Of a stretch of DNA of 64,000 bases, positions 33,729-43,336 are shown piece by piece (within the stretch, counting starts at the first letter, position 1; each line of letters begins with the position of its first letter). Origin of the DNA: Gammaproteobacteria bacterium (GTDB taxonomy: Bacteria; Pseudomonadota; Gammaproteobacteria; SZUA-229). The stretch spans positions 36,543 through 100,542 of the forward strand of contig JASBSR010000034.1 of NCBI GenBank assembly GCA_030148865.1, read 5' to 3'. The notes below the pieces were generated by a model. It did not search any database and was not told where the DNA came from. It saw only the letters and a program-made list of their open reading frames with translations. Position numbers and translations under genes: made by a program.

Positions 33729-35402
33729 TCAGTCGTTGGAATCCATCTGTTCCTTCAACAGGTCACCAAGTGTAGTCGCCGCAGTATTCTGAGACTTGTT
33801 ATAGTCTTTCATAGCATCTGCTTCTTCCTGTTCGTCCTTCGCCTTGATTGAAAGGTTCAATCCACGCGACTTACGGTCAACACCGATAAATTTAGCTTCA
33901 ACAGTGTCGCCGACTTTAAGCACGGTGGAGACATCTTCAACACGGTCACGAGAGATTTCAGATGCACGCAGGGTACCTTCGATACCATCACCCATGTCGA
34001 TGATCGCCGCTTTGGCATCAACCGATTTCACAGTACCAGTGACAATCGCGCCTTTTTTGTGGCTACCGATGAATGAAGAAACCGGATCCTGCTCGAGCTG
34101 TTTGATGCCCAGCGAGATACGTTCGCGCTCGGGATCAATCGACAGAATTACGGCATCGATTTCATCGCCTTTCTTGAAGTTGCGAATCGCTTCTTCGCCG
34201 GGGATATCCCAGGAAATATCAGACATGTGAATCAGACCATCAATGTCACCATTGAGGCCCACAAAGATACCAAAGTCAGTGATCGACTTGATGCTGCCGC
34301 TGACCTTGTCGTTCTTGTTGTGCGTTGCTGAGAACTCATCCCATGGATTAACTTTGCACTGTTTCATGCCCAGTGAAATACGACGACGTTCCTGATCGAT
34401 ATCCAGAATCATAACCTCGACATCATCGCCTAAAGTGACAACGCTGGCAGGATTAACGTTTTTGTTAGTCCAGTCCATTTCAGACACGTGCACCAGGCCT
34501 TCAACACCGTCTTCGATTTCAACAAAACAACCGTAATCGGTGATGTTGCTGACTTTACCGAAGAGACGTGAGTTTTCCGGGTAGCGACGTGCAATTTCTG
34601 CCCATGGATCTTCGCCCAGCTGTTTCAGGCCGAGCGATACGCGGGTGCGCTCTTTATCAAATTTGAGCACCACGACTTCGATTTCATCACCGACTTCAAC
34701 AATCTCGGAAGGATGACGCACGCGTTTCCACGCCATGTCGGTAATGTGCAACAGACCATCGATGCCGCCGAGGTCGAGGAAGGCACCGTAATCGGTGAGG
34801 TTCTTGACCACACCTTTGATGTTTTTGCCTTCTTCGATGCTGTTGAGCAACTGTTCGCGCTCTGCGCTGTATTCAGTTTCCACTACAGCACGACGTGAAA
34901 CCACAACGTTGTTGCGTTTCTGATCGAGCTTGATAACTTTGAATTCCAGTTCTTTGTTTTCGAGATATGCAGTATCGCGAACCGGACGTACATCCACCAG
35001 CGAACCCGGCAGGAATGCGCGGATATCGCCAAGCTCGACCGTGAAACCGCCTTTGACTTTACCAGTGATAACACCTTTGATAATTTCCTGGGTTTCGAAA
35101 GATTTTTCCAGCGAGGTCCAGGCTTTGGCGCGTTTTGCTTTTTCGCGCGAGAGTCGAGTTTCACCGAAACCGTCTTCCACGGCTTCGAGTACGACTTCAA
35201 CATCATCACCAACAGCCACTTCGAGCTCGCCGGAGAGATTTTTAAACTGTTCAACAGGGATCACGCCTTCGGATTTAAGACCGGCGGACACCATGACGTA
35301 GCCATCGCGTATATCGACAATCGTGCCAATGACGACATTGCCAGTCGTCATTTCGGTTTGACTCAGGCTTTCTTCAAATAATTCTGCAAAAGATTCGGAC
35401 AT
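33729..35402 (-). CDS. rpsA: 30S ribosomal protein S1
   Basis: The ORF is trimmed to [13 protein letters not shown] (the E. coli-like start). Six S1 repeats are present. Synteny cmk-rpsA-ihfB. Confidence 0.95.
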   Translation of the reverse strand: MSESFAELFEESLSQTEMTTGNVVIGTIVDIRDGYVMVSAGLKSEGVIPVEQFKNLSGELEVAVGDDVEVVLEAVEDGFGETRLSREKAKRAKAWTSLEKSFETQEIIKGVITGKVKGGFTVELGDIRAFLPGSLVDVRPVRDTAYLENKELEFKVIKLDQKRNNVVVSRRAVVETEYSAEREQLLNSIEEGKNIKGVVKNLTDYGAFLDLGGIDGLLHITDMAWKRVRHPSEIVEVGDEIEVVVLKFDKERTRVSLGLKQLGEDPWAEIARRYPENSRLFGKVSNITDYGCFVEIEDGVEGLVHVSEMDWTNKNVNPASVVTLGDDVEVMILDIDQERRRISLGMKQCKVNPWDEFSATHNKNDKVSGSIKSITDFGIFVGLNGDIDGLIHMSDISWDIPGEEAIRNFKKGDEIDAVILSIDPERERISLGIKQLEQDPVSSFIGSHKKGAIVTGTVKSVDAKAAIIDMGDGIEGTLRASEISRDRVEDVSTVLKVGDTVEAKFIGVDRKSRGLNLSIKAKDEQEEADAMKDYNKSQNTAATTLGDLLKEQMDSND

Positions 35403-35518
35403 AATTAAGTTAGGTAATTGAATTCTGTATGTAAAGCGCCCTTGCGAGCCCATTACAACAGGGGGTTGGTTAAACACACAGAACAGATCACAGCGATCTG
35501 CTCCACCGGGACATCCAT

Positions 35519-36217
35519 TTAAATATCGTAACGCTCTGCCACGAGCTCCATCACTTCTCTGGCGACCGCGTCGATACTCATTTCGCTGGTATCAATTATG
35601 CGGGCATCGTCTGCGGCCATGAGGGGTGAGGCTGAGCGTTTCATGTCGCGCTCGTCGCGTTCTTTGAGGTCGGCGACAAGGGCGGCAAGATTAGCATCAG
35701 TTCCCTTTTCTATCAACTGCTTATAACGTCTTTTCGCGCGTTCTTCGGCACTGGCGGTGAGAAATATTTTGACCCCTGCTTTGGGGAAAATCGCCGTGCC
35801 CATATCGCGACCATCGGCCACCAGCCCCGGTGCCTCGGCAAAGGCGCGCTGACGCGCCAGCAGCGCACTGCGCACCTCGGGTATCGCCGCCACTTTTGAG
35901 GCCAGCGCAGCCACCGCTTCGTCGCGGATCAGCTCTCCGACCTCCTCGCCCGCCAGCTGAATGCTAAGCTGACCGTTCGCTTCGACATAGCTGACATCGA
36001 TATTTTTAGTAATTTCAGACAGTTGCGCAAGCACTTCCGGCGCAATGGGCGCTTCCAGTGTCAGTTTTCGACGCCCGGCAAGCAGCCCCACCAGGCGGTA
36101 CAAGGAACCGCTGTCGAGAATATGAAAGCCGGTGGCGCGTGCCACCCGCAGGCAGATGGTGCCCTTACCCACACCACTGGGACCATCGAGAGTAATAATC
36201 GGGATTTCGCTGCTCAT
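35519..36217 (-). CDS. cmk: Cytidylate kinase
   Basis: The ORF is trimmed to [20 protein letters not shown] (P-loop), which avoids overlap with aroA. Confidence 0.93.
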   Translation of the reverse strand: MSSEIPIITLDGPSGVGKGTICLRVARATGFHILDSGSLYRLVGLLAGRRKLTLEAPIAPEVLAQLSEITKNIDVSYVEANGQLSIQLAGEEVGELIRDEAVAALASKVAAIPEVRSALLARQRAFAEAPGLVADGRDMGTAIFPKAGVKIFLTASAEERAKRRYKQLIEKGTDANLAALVADLKERDERDMKRSASPLMAADDARIIDTSEMSIDAVAREVMELVAERYDI

Positions 36218-36227
36218 AATGCGCCCA

Positions 36228-37547
36228 TCAATCCGACGAGGAACTGATATCGAGGCCGGCACCGCTGGCGAGCGCGACAAAACCGGGGAACGAAGTATTC
36301 ACATTGGCGCACTCATTAATAGTGATTTCGCCATGAGCACAGAGCCCGGCCATGGCAAAGGCCATGGCAATGCGGTGATCATCGCGGCTTTGCACCGTGC
36401 CGGCTGCGATGCTGGCTGTACCCGCCCCGCGCCCCTGGATCACCATACCGTCAGGCGTTGCCGTAGCATCGACCCCCAGCGCCTGCAGACCATCAGCCAT
36501 AGACTGGATACGATCACTTTCTTTCACTCGCAGCTCTTCGGCACCCGTGATCACGGTTTTGCCCACAGCGCAGGCAGCAGCCACAAAAATCACCGGGAAT
36601 TCGTCGATCGCCAACGGCACCAGCGCTTCTGGCACTGCGATGCCCTTCAATCGCGCACTTTTCACCCGAATATCAGCCACCGGCTCGCCGCCGATTTCGC
36701 GCTGATTCTGCAATTCGATATTAGCGCCCATGAGCTTAAGAATATCGATCACTCCAGTGCGAGTCGGATTAACACCGACGTGTTCCAGCACGATATCCGA
36801 GCCCTCGGCAATACTGGCACCAACCATGAAAAACGCCGCCGAAGAAATATCGGCCGGCACATCGATGTCGCAGGCGCTGAGTTTTGCCGGGCCATTAATG
36901 CAGACCGTAGAACCAGTGCGGGACACCGGCACACCGAAGGCATGCAGCATGCGCTCGGTATGATCGCGGGTCGTCGCCGGCTCGGTGACACAGGTTTTAC
37001 CCGTCGCGTACAAACCCGCCAGCAAACAGCAGGATTTCACCTGCGCGCTCGCCACCGGCATCACAAAGTCGATACCGCAAAGCGGGGTACCACCATGTAT
37101 ATATAAGGGGGGCCGCCCTTCAGCATCGCTATCGACCACTGCACCCATCGCGGCCAGCGGATGGGTCACCCGCTTCATTGGTCGTTTCGATAAGGAACTA
37201 TCACCGCTAAGCTCGACATCAAAGTCCTGCCCGGATAACAAACCCGCAAGCAAACGCATCGAAGTGCCCGAGTTACCCAGATCCAGTGCCGCCGCGGGTT
37301 TTTGCAAACCGCGCATGCCGACACCTTTGATCACCACCTTGCCATCTACCGGGCCGTCGATCTCAACGCCCATGGCACGGAAGGCGCGCAGAGTATTAAG
37401 ACTGTCCTCGCCTTCGAGAAAACCGCTAATGCGACTGGTGCCTTCAGCAATCGAACCAAACATAATCGAACGATGCGAAATCGACTTGTCACCGGGGACG
37501 CGTATGCGCCCGGTCAAACAGCCACCTTTGTTCACTATAAATTTCAT
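36228..37547 (-). CDS. aroA: 3-phosphoshikimate 1-carboxyvinyltransferase (EPSP synthase)
   Basis: VPGDKSISHRSIMF...LGNSGTSMRLL...RPMKRV...DHRIAMAFA. Confidence 0.93.
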   Translation of the reverse strand: MKFIVNKGGCLTGRIRVPGDKSISHRSIMFGSIAEGTSRISGFLEGEDSLNTLRAFRAMGVEIDGPVDGKVVIKGVGMRGLQKPAAALDLGNSGTSMRLLAGLLSGQDFDVELSGDSSLSKRPMKRVTHPLAAMGAVVDSDAEGRPPLYIHGGTPLCGIDFVMPVASAQVKSCCLLAGLYATGKTCVTEPATTRDHTERMLHAFGVPVSRTGSTVCINGPAKLSACDIDVPADISSAAFFMVGASIAEGSDIVLEHVGVNPTRTGVIDILKLMGANIELQNQREIGGEPVADIRVKSARLKGIAVPEALVPLAIDEFPVIFVAAACAVGKTVITGAEELRVKESDRIQSMADGLQALGVDATATPDGMVIQGRGAGTASIAAGTVQSRDDHRIAMAFAMAGLCAHGEITINECANVNTSFPGFVALASGAGLDISSSSD

Positions 37548-37570
37548 ATACAACTAAAACCTTTTTTGCC

Positions 37571-37695
37571 GTGCCTCTGTAAAGAACAAGAAAAAATAGT
37601 CCACAAATGAACGCAGATAAATATGCATGCGCGCTGTTTTTTGATACAAATATTTTTTTATATCTGTGTTTATCTGCGTTCATCTGTGGACCGTC
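37571..37695. repeat. Copy A (variant) of the nested-inverted-repeat intergenic element family
   Basis: The 22-bp arms tccacaaatgaacgcagataaa (37600-37621) and tttatctgcgttcatctgtgga (37669-37690) are inverted, with 1 mismatch. One outer end (gcctctgtaaagaac) resembles the ends of copies B and C. Confidence 0.7.
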
Positions 37696-37707
37696 TGCCT
37701 TTATTCG

Positions 37708-38568
37708 CTACCCACAAAAATCATCACGGGCTTTTTTCGCGCGTTCAAAAACCTGTTTCAGCGCTTCGCCATCACCGGCTTCCATACTCTTGTACATATC
37801 ATCCATCTGATCGCGATAGCGACGCATCATGTCCATGACCGCGTCTTTATTACTCAGACAGATGTCGCGCCACATCACCGGGTCGCTGGATGCAATGCGG
37901 GTAAAATCTCTAAAACCACCAGCGGCAAAACGAAAGACCTCGTCGACATCATCAAGATTGTTTAGACAATCGACCAGACCGAATGCAAGCAGATGCGGCA
38001 GGTGACTGGTGCCGGCGAGCACCAGATCGTGATGCTCAGCGCTCATGCATTCGACTTCTGCGCCCGCTGTTTGCCACATGGCGGTCACCGCATTCACCGC
38101 ATCAGTCGACGTTTTATCGGTCGGCGTTAAGATCACCCGGCGTTGTTGATAGAGCTCGGCAAAGGCGGCAGCAACACCACTTTGCTCAGTGCCGGCGATA
38201 GGATGCCCCGGAACGAAATTAGCAAAGTGACTGGCGAGTGATTTAGCAGCATCCATGATCACGCTTTGCTTGGCACTGCCGGCATCGGTCACAATCGCGC
38301 CTGGCTTTAATGCCGTGCTGATGCTTTTAAACACGGCGTGCATCGCGCCCAGAGGCACGGCAACGACCACGATATCGGCATCGGCCACAGCGTTTTCCGG
38401 CGAGGTTTCGTAATGATCGACTACGCCCAGCTCAACAGCTTTTTTCAATGTCGCTTCGCTGCGTCCGGCACCAATGATTTCTGCGCAGTATTTTTTTTGT
38501 TTCAGCGCCAGCGCCAGCGAACCACCGATTAAACCGGTGCCGATGACACAGAGTTTGATTGCGCTCAT
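37708..38568 (-). CDS. tyrA: Prephenate/arogenate (cyclohexadienyl) dehydrogenase
   Basis: VIGTGLIGGSLALAL (Rossmann motif) ...GHPIAG... It sits between hisC and aroA, as in the Pseudomonas-type aromatic supraoperon. Confidence 0.85.
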   Translation of the reverse strand: MSAIKLCVIGTGLIGGSLALALKQKKYCAEIIGAGRSEATLKKAVELGVVDHYETSPENAVADADIVVVAVPLGAMHAVFKSISTALKPGAIVTDAGSAKQSVIMDAAKSLASHFANFVPGHPIAGTEQSGVAAAFAELYQQRRVILTPTDKTSTDAVNAVTAMWQTAGAEVECMSAEHHDLVLAGTSHLPHLLAFGLVDCLNNLDDVDEVFRFAAGGFRDFTRIASSDPVMWRDICLSNKDAVMDMMRRYRDQMDDMYKSMEAGDGEALKQVFERAKKARDDFCG

Positions 38569-39686
38569 GCCAGCGATTCCAGCAATGCCGTCATGAAACG
38601 CTGATTCTGCTGTTCGTTGCCGATGGTAACGCGCAGATATTCGGGCATTTTGTAACTCGCCACCGGCCGCACGATCACGCCTTTATGCAACAGCGCCTCA
38701 TACACCGGCTGCGCATCGCGTTTTAAATTGATCGCGATAAAATTACCCATGCTCGGCAAATAACACAGGCCCGCCGCATCCAGTGCCTGCATTAAATAGT
38801 TTTTGCCCGAATTGTTCATCGCCACGCTATTTTCGACGTGGGCATGATCATCCAGTGAAGCCAACGCCGCTGCCTGCGCCAGCAGATTGGTATTAAAGGG
38901 CTGGCGCACGCGATTGAGAATGTTGGCGATATCCGGGCTCGACAGCGCATAACCAATGCGCAAACCGGCGAGCGCATAAATCTTGGAAAAGGTGCAGGTG
39001 ATGATCAAATTCGGAAACTGCTGCAACCAGTCGGCGATCTTAATCTTTAAATGCGCTGCCATGTATTCATGATAAGCCAGATCCAGCACCACAATGACAT
39101 GCTCGGGCACGGCACTGACTAATTTATGCAAGGCCTCCACTTCCAGCCAGGTGCCGGTGGGATTATTCGGATTCGCAATGAACATGATGCGCGTACTGGC
39201 ATCGACCGCCGCGAGCAGGGCTTCCGGATCATGCCCCAGTGGCATGCTGGCATGGCTCGCCGGTAAGGCCGCGGCGACATTGGCCTGCGCACCCACTGCC
39301 TGCACCGTGATCGGATACACCGCAAAAGAATATTCCGAATACACCGCCGAATGCTGTGGCGCCAGGAACGCGCGCGTTGCCAGTTCGAGAATATCGTTGG
39401 AGCCATTACCAAGGGTGACACAGGCCGCGTTGATGCCATGAAGATCGGCAATGCGCTGGCTGAGTTTAAAACCGCCACCGTCGGGATAAAAATGGATCGC
39501 GCGCGCGTTTTTTTCGATGGCGTTTAGCGCAGCCTCGCTCGGACCCAGCGGATTTTCATTCGAGGCCAGCTTGATCGAATCGCTGATGCCGAGCTCGCGT
39601 TCCAGAGTCTCGATCGGCTTGCCCGGTTGATAGGGCGTGAGTTGTTGTACCCCGGGCGTGGCGAGGCTGAGAAAAGATTCAGGCAT
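38565..39686 (-). CDS. hisC: Histidinol-phosphate / aromatic aminotransferase (class II PLP)
   Basis: LASNENPLGPS...NPNNPTG...FSKIYALAGLRIGY (PLP lysine motif). Context pheA-hisC-tyrA. Confidence 0.85.
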   Translation of the reverse strand: MPESFLSLATPGVQQLTPYQPGKPIETLERELGISDSIKLASNENPLGPSEAALNAIEKNARAIHFYPDGGGFKLSQRIADLHGINAACVTLGNGSNDILELATRAFLAPQHSAVYSEYSFAVYPITVQAVGAQANVAAALPASHASMPLGHDPEALLAAVDASTRIMFIANPNNPTGTWLEVEALHKLVSAVPEHVIVVLDLAYHEYMAAHLKIKIADWLQQFPNLIITCTFSKIYALAGLRIGYALSSPDIANILNRVRQPFNTNLLAQAAALASLDDHAHVENSVAMNNSGKNYLMQALDAAGLCYLPSMGNFIAINLKRDAQPVYEALLHKGVIVRPVASYKMPEYLRVTIGNEQQNQRFMTALLESLA

Positions 39687-39698
39687 AGGGTTTATCTG

Positions 39699-40787
39699 TC
39701 ACAGCACAGCCCGCGGGTAAGAACCGAGCACCGTCACCATGGACGACGCCTGTTCGATGTCAGCAATCGCCTCGGCAACGCTCGGGTCGTCACGATGGCC
39801 ATCGATGTCAATAAAGAACACGTATTCCCAGACCCCGCGCCGTGAAGGTCGCGACTCGATATTGCTCATGCTGATATTGCGTTCCGCCAATGGCTTGAGC
39901 AGACCAAACAAAGACCCGGCGCGATTATGGGTGAATACCAGCAAGCTGGTGCGATCATTGCCGCTGGGTGGCGACCGGTGCTTGCCGATGACAACGAAGC
40001 GCGTGGTATTGTCGGGGGCGTCTTCGATGTCGGCATTGAGAATCGGCAGCTGGTAGAGGCCGGATGCGAGCTGGCCGGCAATCGCCGCCGAATGGTCGTG
40101 CTCGCGCGCCAGCAGCACGCCCTCAGCATTGCTGTTGGTGGCGATGCGCTCGGCTTTCGGCAGGTGACGGTCGAGCCAGAGGCGGCACTGGGCGAACGAC
40201 TGCTGGTGCGAATACACGCGCGCAATCGAGTCGAAATTACTCTCTTTACTCAATAAGTTATGGCGTATTCTTAATTCTACTTCTCCACTAATGGAGAGCG
40301 CCGATTGCATCATTAAATCGAGGGTATGATTGATCACACCCTCGGTAGAATTCTCCACCGGCACGACACCAAAGTTAGCACCACCAGCTTCTACCAGACG
40401 AAACACTTCTTCGATACTGGCCACCGGCTGGGTCTGGATCAGACTCCCGAAATGCTTCACCGCGGCGGCGTGGGTGTAGGTGCCTTCAGGGCCCAGGAAA
40501 GCGACGCTCAGAGGTTTTTCCAGCGCCAGACAGGCCGCCATGATTTCACGGAAAATGCCACCGATGGCTTCGTTACTCAGCGGCCCCTGGTTGCGTTGCT
40601 GCACCGCACGCAAAATCTGGGCTTCGCGTTCCGGGCGATAAAAATGCGCAGTCTCACCCTGCTGCTGCTTGATCTCGGCCACCCTGGCCGCGCACTGCGC
40701 GCGCTCGCTGACCAGCGCCTGCACCGAGGTATCGATTTCATCGATACGCTGGCGGATCTCGGCTAATGGGTCGTCGGGCTGGCTCAT
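39699..40787 (-). CDS. pheA: Bifunctional chorismate mutase / prephenate dehydratase (P-protein)
   Basis: N-terminal CM domain (LAEIRQRIDEIDTSVQALVSERA), a PDT domain (VAFLGPEGTYTH...TRF) and an ACT domain (SNIESRPS). Confidence 0.9.
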   Translation of the reverse strand: MSQPDDPLAEIRQRIDEIDTSVQALVSERAQCAARVAEIKQQQGETAHFYRPEREAQILRAVQQRNQGPLSNEAIGGIFREIMAACLALEKPLSVAFLGPEGTYTHAAAVKHFGSLIQTQPVASIEEVFRLVEAGGANFGVVPVENSTEGVINHTLDLMMQSALSISGEVELRIRHNLLSKESNFDSIARVYSHQQSFAQCRLWLDRHLPKAERIATNSNAEGVLLAREHDHSAAIAGQLASGLYQLPILNADIEDAPDNTTRFVVIGKHRSPPSGNDRTSLLVFTHNRAGSLFGLLKPLAERNISMSNIESRPSRRGVWEYVFFIDIDGHRDDPSVAEAIADIEQASSMVTVLGSYPRAVL

Positions 40788-40789
40788 GG

Positions 40790-41953
40790 TTAGATCTGGC
40801 GTGCGTTGAGCACACCTTCAATAGCTCTGATTTGCTGCAGCACATCAGCCTCAATCAAATCATCAAGATCTATCAGGGTATAGGCCAGACCATTTCGGGA
40901 TTCGTTGCGCATGTGCTTGATATTAGCACTCACCCGCCCCAGTACGTGCGAAATTTGCGCCACCATGTCGGGCATGTTGCGATTCGCGATCGCCAGCCTG
41001 GCGACGCCATCGCGCGCCATTTTGATTTCGGGGAAATTCACTGAATTGCGGATATTGCCATTCTCGAGAAAATCTTTGAGCTGATCTGCCACCATCACCG
41101 CGCAGTTTTCTTCGGCTTCACTGGTCGATGCACCGAGGTGCGGCAGGGTAATCACACCGGGGACATTTTTCAGCTTCTCTGAAGGAAAGTCAGAGACATA
41201 GGCGTGTACCTTACCGGTTTTAAGGCCAGCCAGTACTGCATCATCATCGACAATACCATCGCGGGCAAAATTCAGCACCACGGCACGGTCTGGCAGCAAC
41301 GCCAGACGCTCGGCATTGAGCAAATGACGGGTCGCGTCGATCAGGGGAACATGAAAGGTGACAAAGTCAGATTGCCGAAACAGCTCATCAATACTGGGCA
41401 TTTCCTGCACCTCGGCCGAGAGTTGCCAAGCGCGGCGCACAGTGATGGTGGGGTCAAATCCAACCACGCGCATACCCAGATCGAGCGCCGCGTTTGCGAT
41501 CTGCACCCCGATGGCACCAAGACCGACGACCCCCAGAGTGCGCCCCGGCAATTCAAAACCGACAAATTTTTTCTTGCCATCTTCCACTTTGCGATGTTGT
41601 TCTTCCGCTGTGCCTTCGATGTGCGCGGCATAGTCCCAGGCCTGAACAATGTTGCGACAGGCAATCAGCATGCCGGCGATGACCAGCTCCTTGACTGCAT
41701 TGGCATTGGCGCCCGGTGCGTTGAACACCGCGATGCCGCGCTCGCTGAGTTGTTCCACTGGTACATTATTGGTGCCTGCGCCCGCCCGTCCCACGGCTTT
41801 GAGTTCGGGATTGAACACCATCTGGTGCAGATTGGCAGAACGCAGAATGATCGCGTCGGGCTCGGTGGTGTCAGCAGAAATACTGAAATCCGAACTCGGC
41901 AGACGCTCAAGTCCTTTATTAGATATGTTATTAAAAGTTTTGATTTTAAACAT
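40790..41953 (-). CDS. serA: D-3-phosphoglycerate dehydrogenase-type 2-hydroxyacid dehydrogenase with a C-terminal ACT-like domain
   Basis: NAD-binding motif GVVGLGAIGVQIA and catalytic pattern R...E...H (FARDGIVDD...PHLGAST). Its position next to serC supports the call, but specificity is inferred. Confidence 0.65.
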   Translation of the reverse strand: MFKIKTFNNISNKGLERLPSSDFSISADTTEPDAIILRSANLHQMVFNPELKAVGRAGAGTNNVPVEQLSERGIAVFNAPGANANAVKELVIAGMLIACRNIVQAWDYAAHIEGTAEEQHRKVEDGKKKFVGFELPGRTLGVVGLGAIGVQIANAALDLGMRVVGFDPTITVRRAWQLSAEVQEMPSIDELFRQSDFVTFHVPLIDATRHLLNAERLALLPDRAVVLNFARDGIVDDDAVLAGLKTGKVHAYVSDFPSEKLKNVPGVITLPHLGASTSEAEENCAVMVADQLKDFLENGNIRNSVNFPEIKMARDGVARLAIANRNMPDMVAQISHVLGRVSANIKHMRNESRNGLAYTLIDLDDLIEADVLQQIRAIEGVLNARQI

Positions 41954-42175
41954 TTTTTACCAACTTATAAGCTCTGCCGCGAGGACACGGTATTATAAAA
42001 AGAAAACGCAGGGTATCTGCCGCAACGTCCGCAAAAAAGTAAAACCCGGGATGACCTCGTAGCCTGCTGGCATAGCCTGCGGCCAAGCTAGCGTTTTTTT
42101 CACAGCAGCCATCATCAATTGGCGTCTTGGCATACTTTGCGGCCAGTGATTAGTTTTAATCTTTGCCGGATCAAG

Positions 42176-43258
42176 TTAAACCCTGGTCCGCTCGAACTCG
42201 ACCATGAAATCGACCAGCGCCTGCACCCCCGCCAGCGGCATGGCATTATAAATACTGGCGCGCATACCGCCGACCGAGCGATGTCCTTTCAGCGTGGTAA
42301 GACCATTTTTTGCCGCGCCTTCGAGGAAGGCGGCATCGAGCTCAGCATTGGCGAGCGTGAACGGTACGTTCATCCACGAGCGACAGGCTTTATCGACCGG
42401 ATTAGCATAGAAGTCAGATGCGTCGATGGCCTGATACAGCAATTCTGCTTTGGTCTGGTTGATTTTCGCCATACCAGTAAGCCCGCCCTGCTGTTGCAGC
42501 CACTCGAACACCAGTCCGGCGAGATACCAGGCGTAAGTCGGCGGCGTGTTATACATGGAATCATTATCCGCGTGAATTTTGTAGTCGAACATTGCCGGCA
42601 TGCCAGGCATCGCCCTGCCGAGCAGGTCTTCGCGCACAATCACAATCGTCAGACCCGCAGGACCGATATTTTTCTGCGCACCAGCATAGATCACACCAAA
42701 CTGCGAGACATCAATCGGCCGCGACAAAATAGTCGAGGACATGTCAGCTACCAGCGGCACAGTACCGGTGTCCGGCAGATAGGGAAATTCAACGCCAACG
42801 ATGGTCTCGTTCGGCGTGTAGTGCACATAGCCAGCATCGGCATCGAATTTGAGCGACTCAGCCGCGGGCACGGTGGTGAATTTGCTGGCCGTGGTATCGC
42901 AGACCAGGTTGACCTGGCAAAAGCGTTTCGCTTCGGCGACGGCTTTTTTCGACCAGTCACCGGTGAGCAAATAATCCGCGCGAGTTTTACCGGCGAGCAG
43001 ATTGATGGGTGCCATGGCAAACTGACTGCTGGCACCGCCCTGCAGGAACAGCACTTTGTAATTATCAGGTATCGTCAGCAATGCGCGCAGATCGGTTTCA
43101 GCTTTGCTGGCAATCGTCATGAAGTCTTTACCGCGATGGCTCATTTCCATCACTGACATACCGCTGCCGTTCCAGTCCAGCATTTCTTCACCCGCGCGGG
43201 CAAGAACATCGGCTGGCAGGGCGGCTGGGCCGGCGCTGAAATTAAATACTCGGGTCAT
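42176..43258 (-). CDS. serC: Phosphoserine aminotransferase
   Basis: [11 protein letters not shown]...SHRGKDF...[14 protein letters not shown]...(PLP Lys)...[12 protein letters not shown]. Confidence 0.94.
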   Translation of the reverse strand: MTRVFNFSAGPAALPADVLARAGEEMLDWNGSGMSVMEMSHRGKDFMTIASKAETDLRALLTIPDNYKVLFLQGGASSQFAMAPINLLAGKTRADYLLTGDWSKKAVAEAKRFCQVNLVCDTTASKFTTVPAAESLKFDADAGYVHYTPNETIVGVEFPYLPDTGTVPLVADMSSTILSRPIDVSQFGVIYAGAQKNIGPAGLTIVIVREDLLGRAMPGMPAMFDYKIHADNDSMYNTPPTYAWYLAGLVFEWLQQQGGLTGMAKINQTKAELLYQAIDASDFYANPVDKACRSWMNVPFTLANAELDAAFLEGAAKNGLTTLKGHRSVGGMRASIYNAMPLAGVQALVDFMVEFERTRV

Positions 43259-43336
43259 GTTTTTAGTCTTTAATATAGATTAAGAATGATCGTTAACTAA
43301 TTAATAATTAACGAATTTAAATTAAAATAAATCGTA

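Noticed and set aside
36132-37106. 324-aa ORF on the plus strand, opposite aroA and cmk
   Set aside because: It is entirely antisense to two confidently identified genes. The product is Arg/His/Gly-rich and low-complexity, typical of shadow ORFs opposite GC3-rich genes. It has no RBS or family motif.
41204-41998. 264-aa plus-strand ORF opposite the serA-like gene. A similar case is 61307..62071, opposite prfB.
   Set aside because: These are antisense shadow ORFs. The opposite-strand genes carry strong family motifs (Rossmann GxGxxG; GGQ/SPF).
42068-42146. TGGCA..N..TGC boxes considered as sigma-54 (-24/-12) promoters
   Set aside because: The GG-to-GC spacing is 8 nt instead of the required 10. 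The boxes are also on the strand opposite to the flanking genes. They are kept only as possible operator palindromes.
42119-43156. 345-aa ORF on the plus strand, opposite serC
   Set aside because: It is an antisense shadow of serC. Its composition (R/H/G/I-rich) and lack of recognisable motifs argue against coding.
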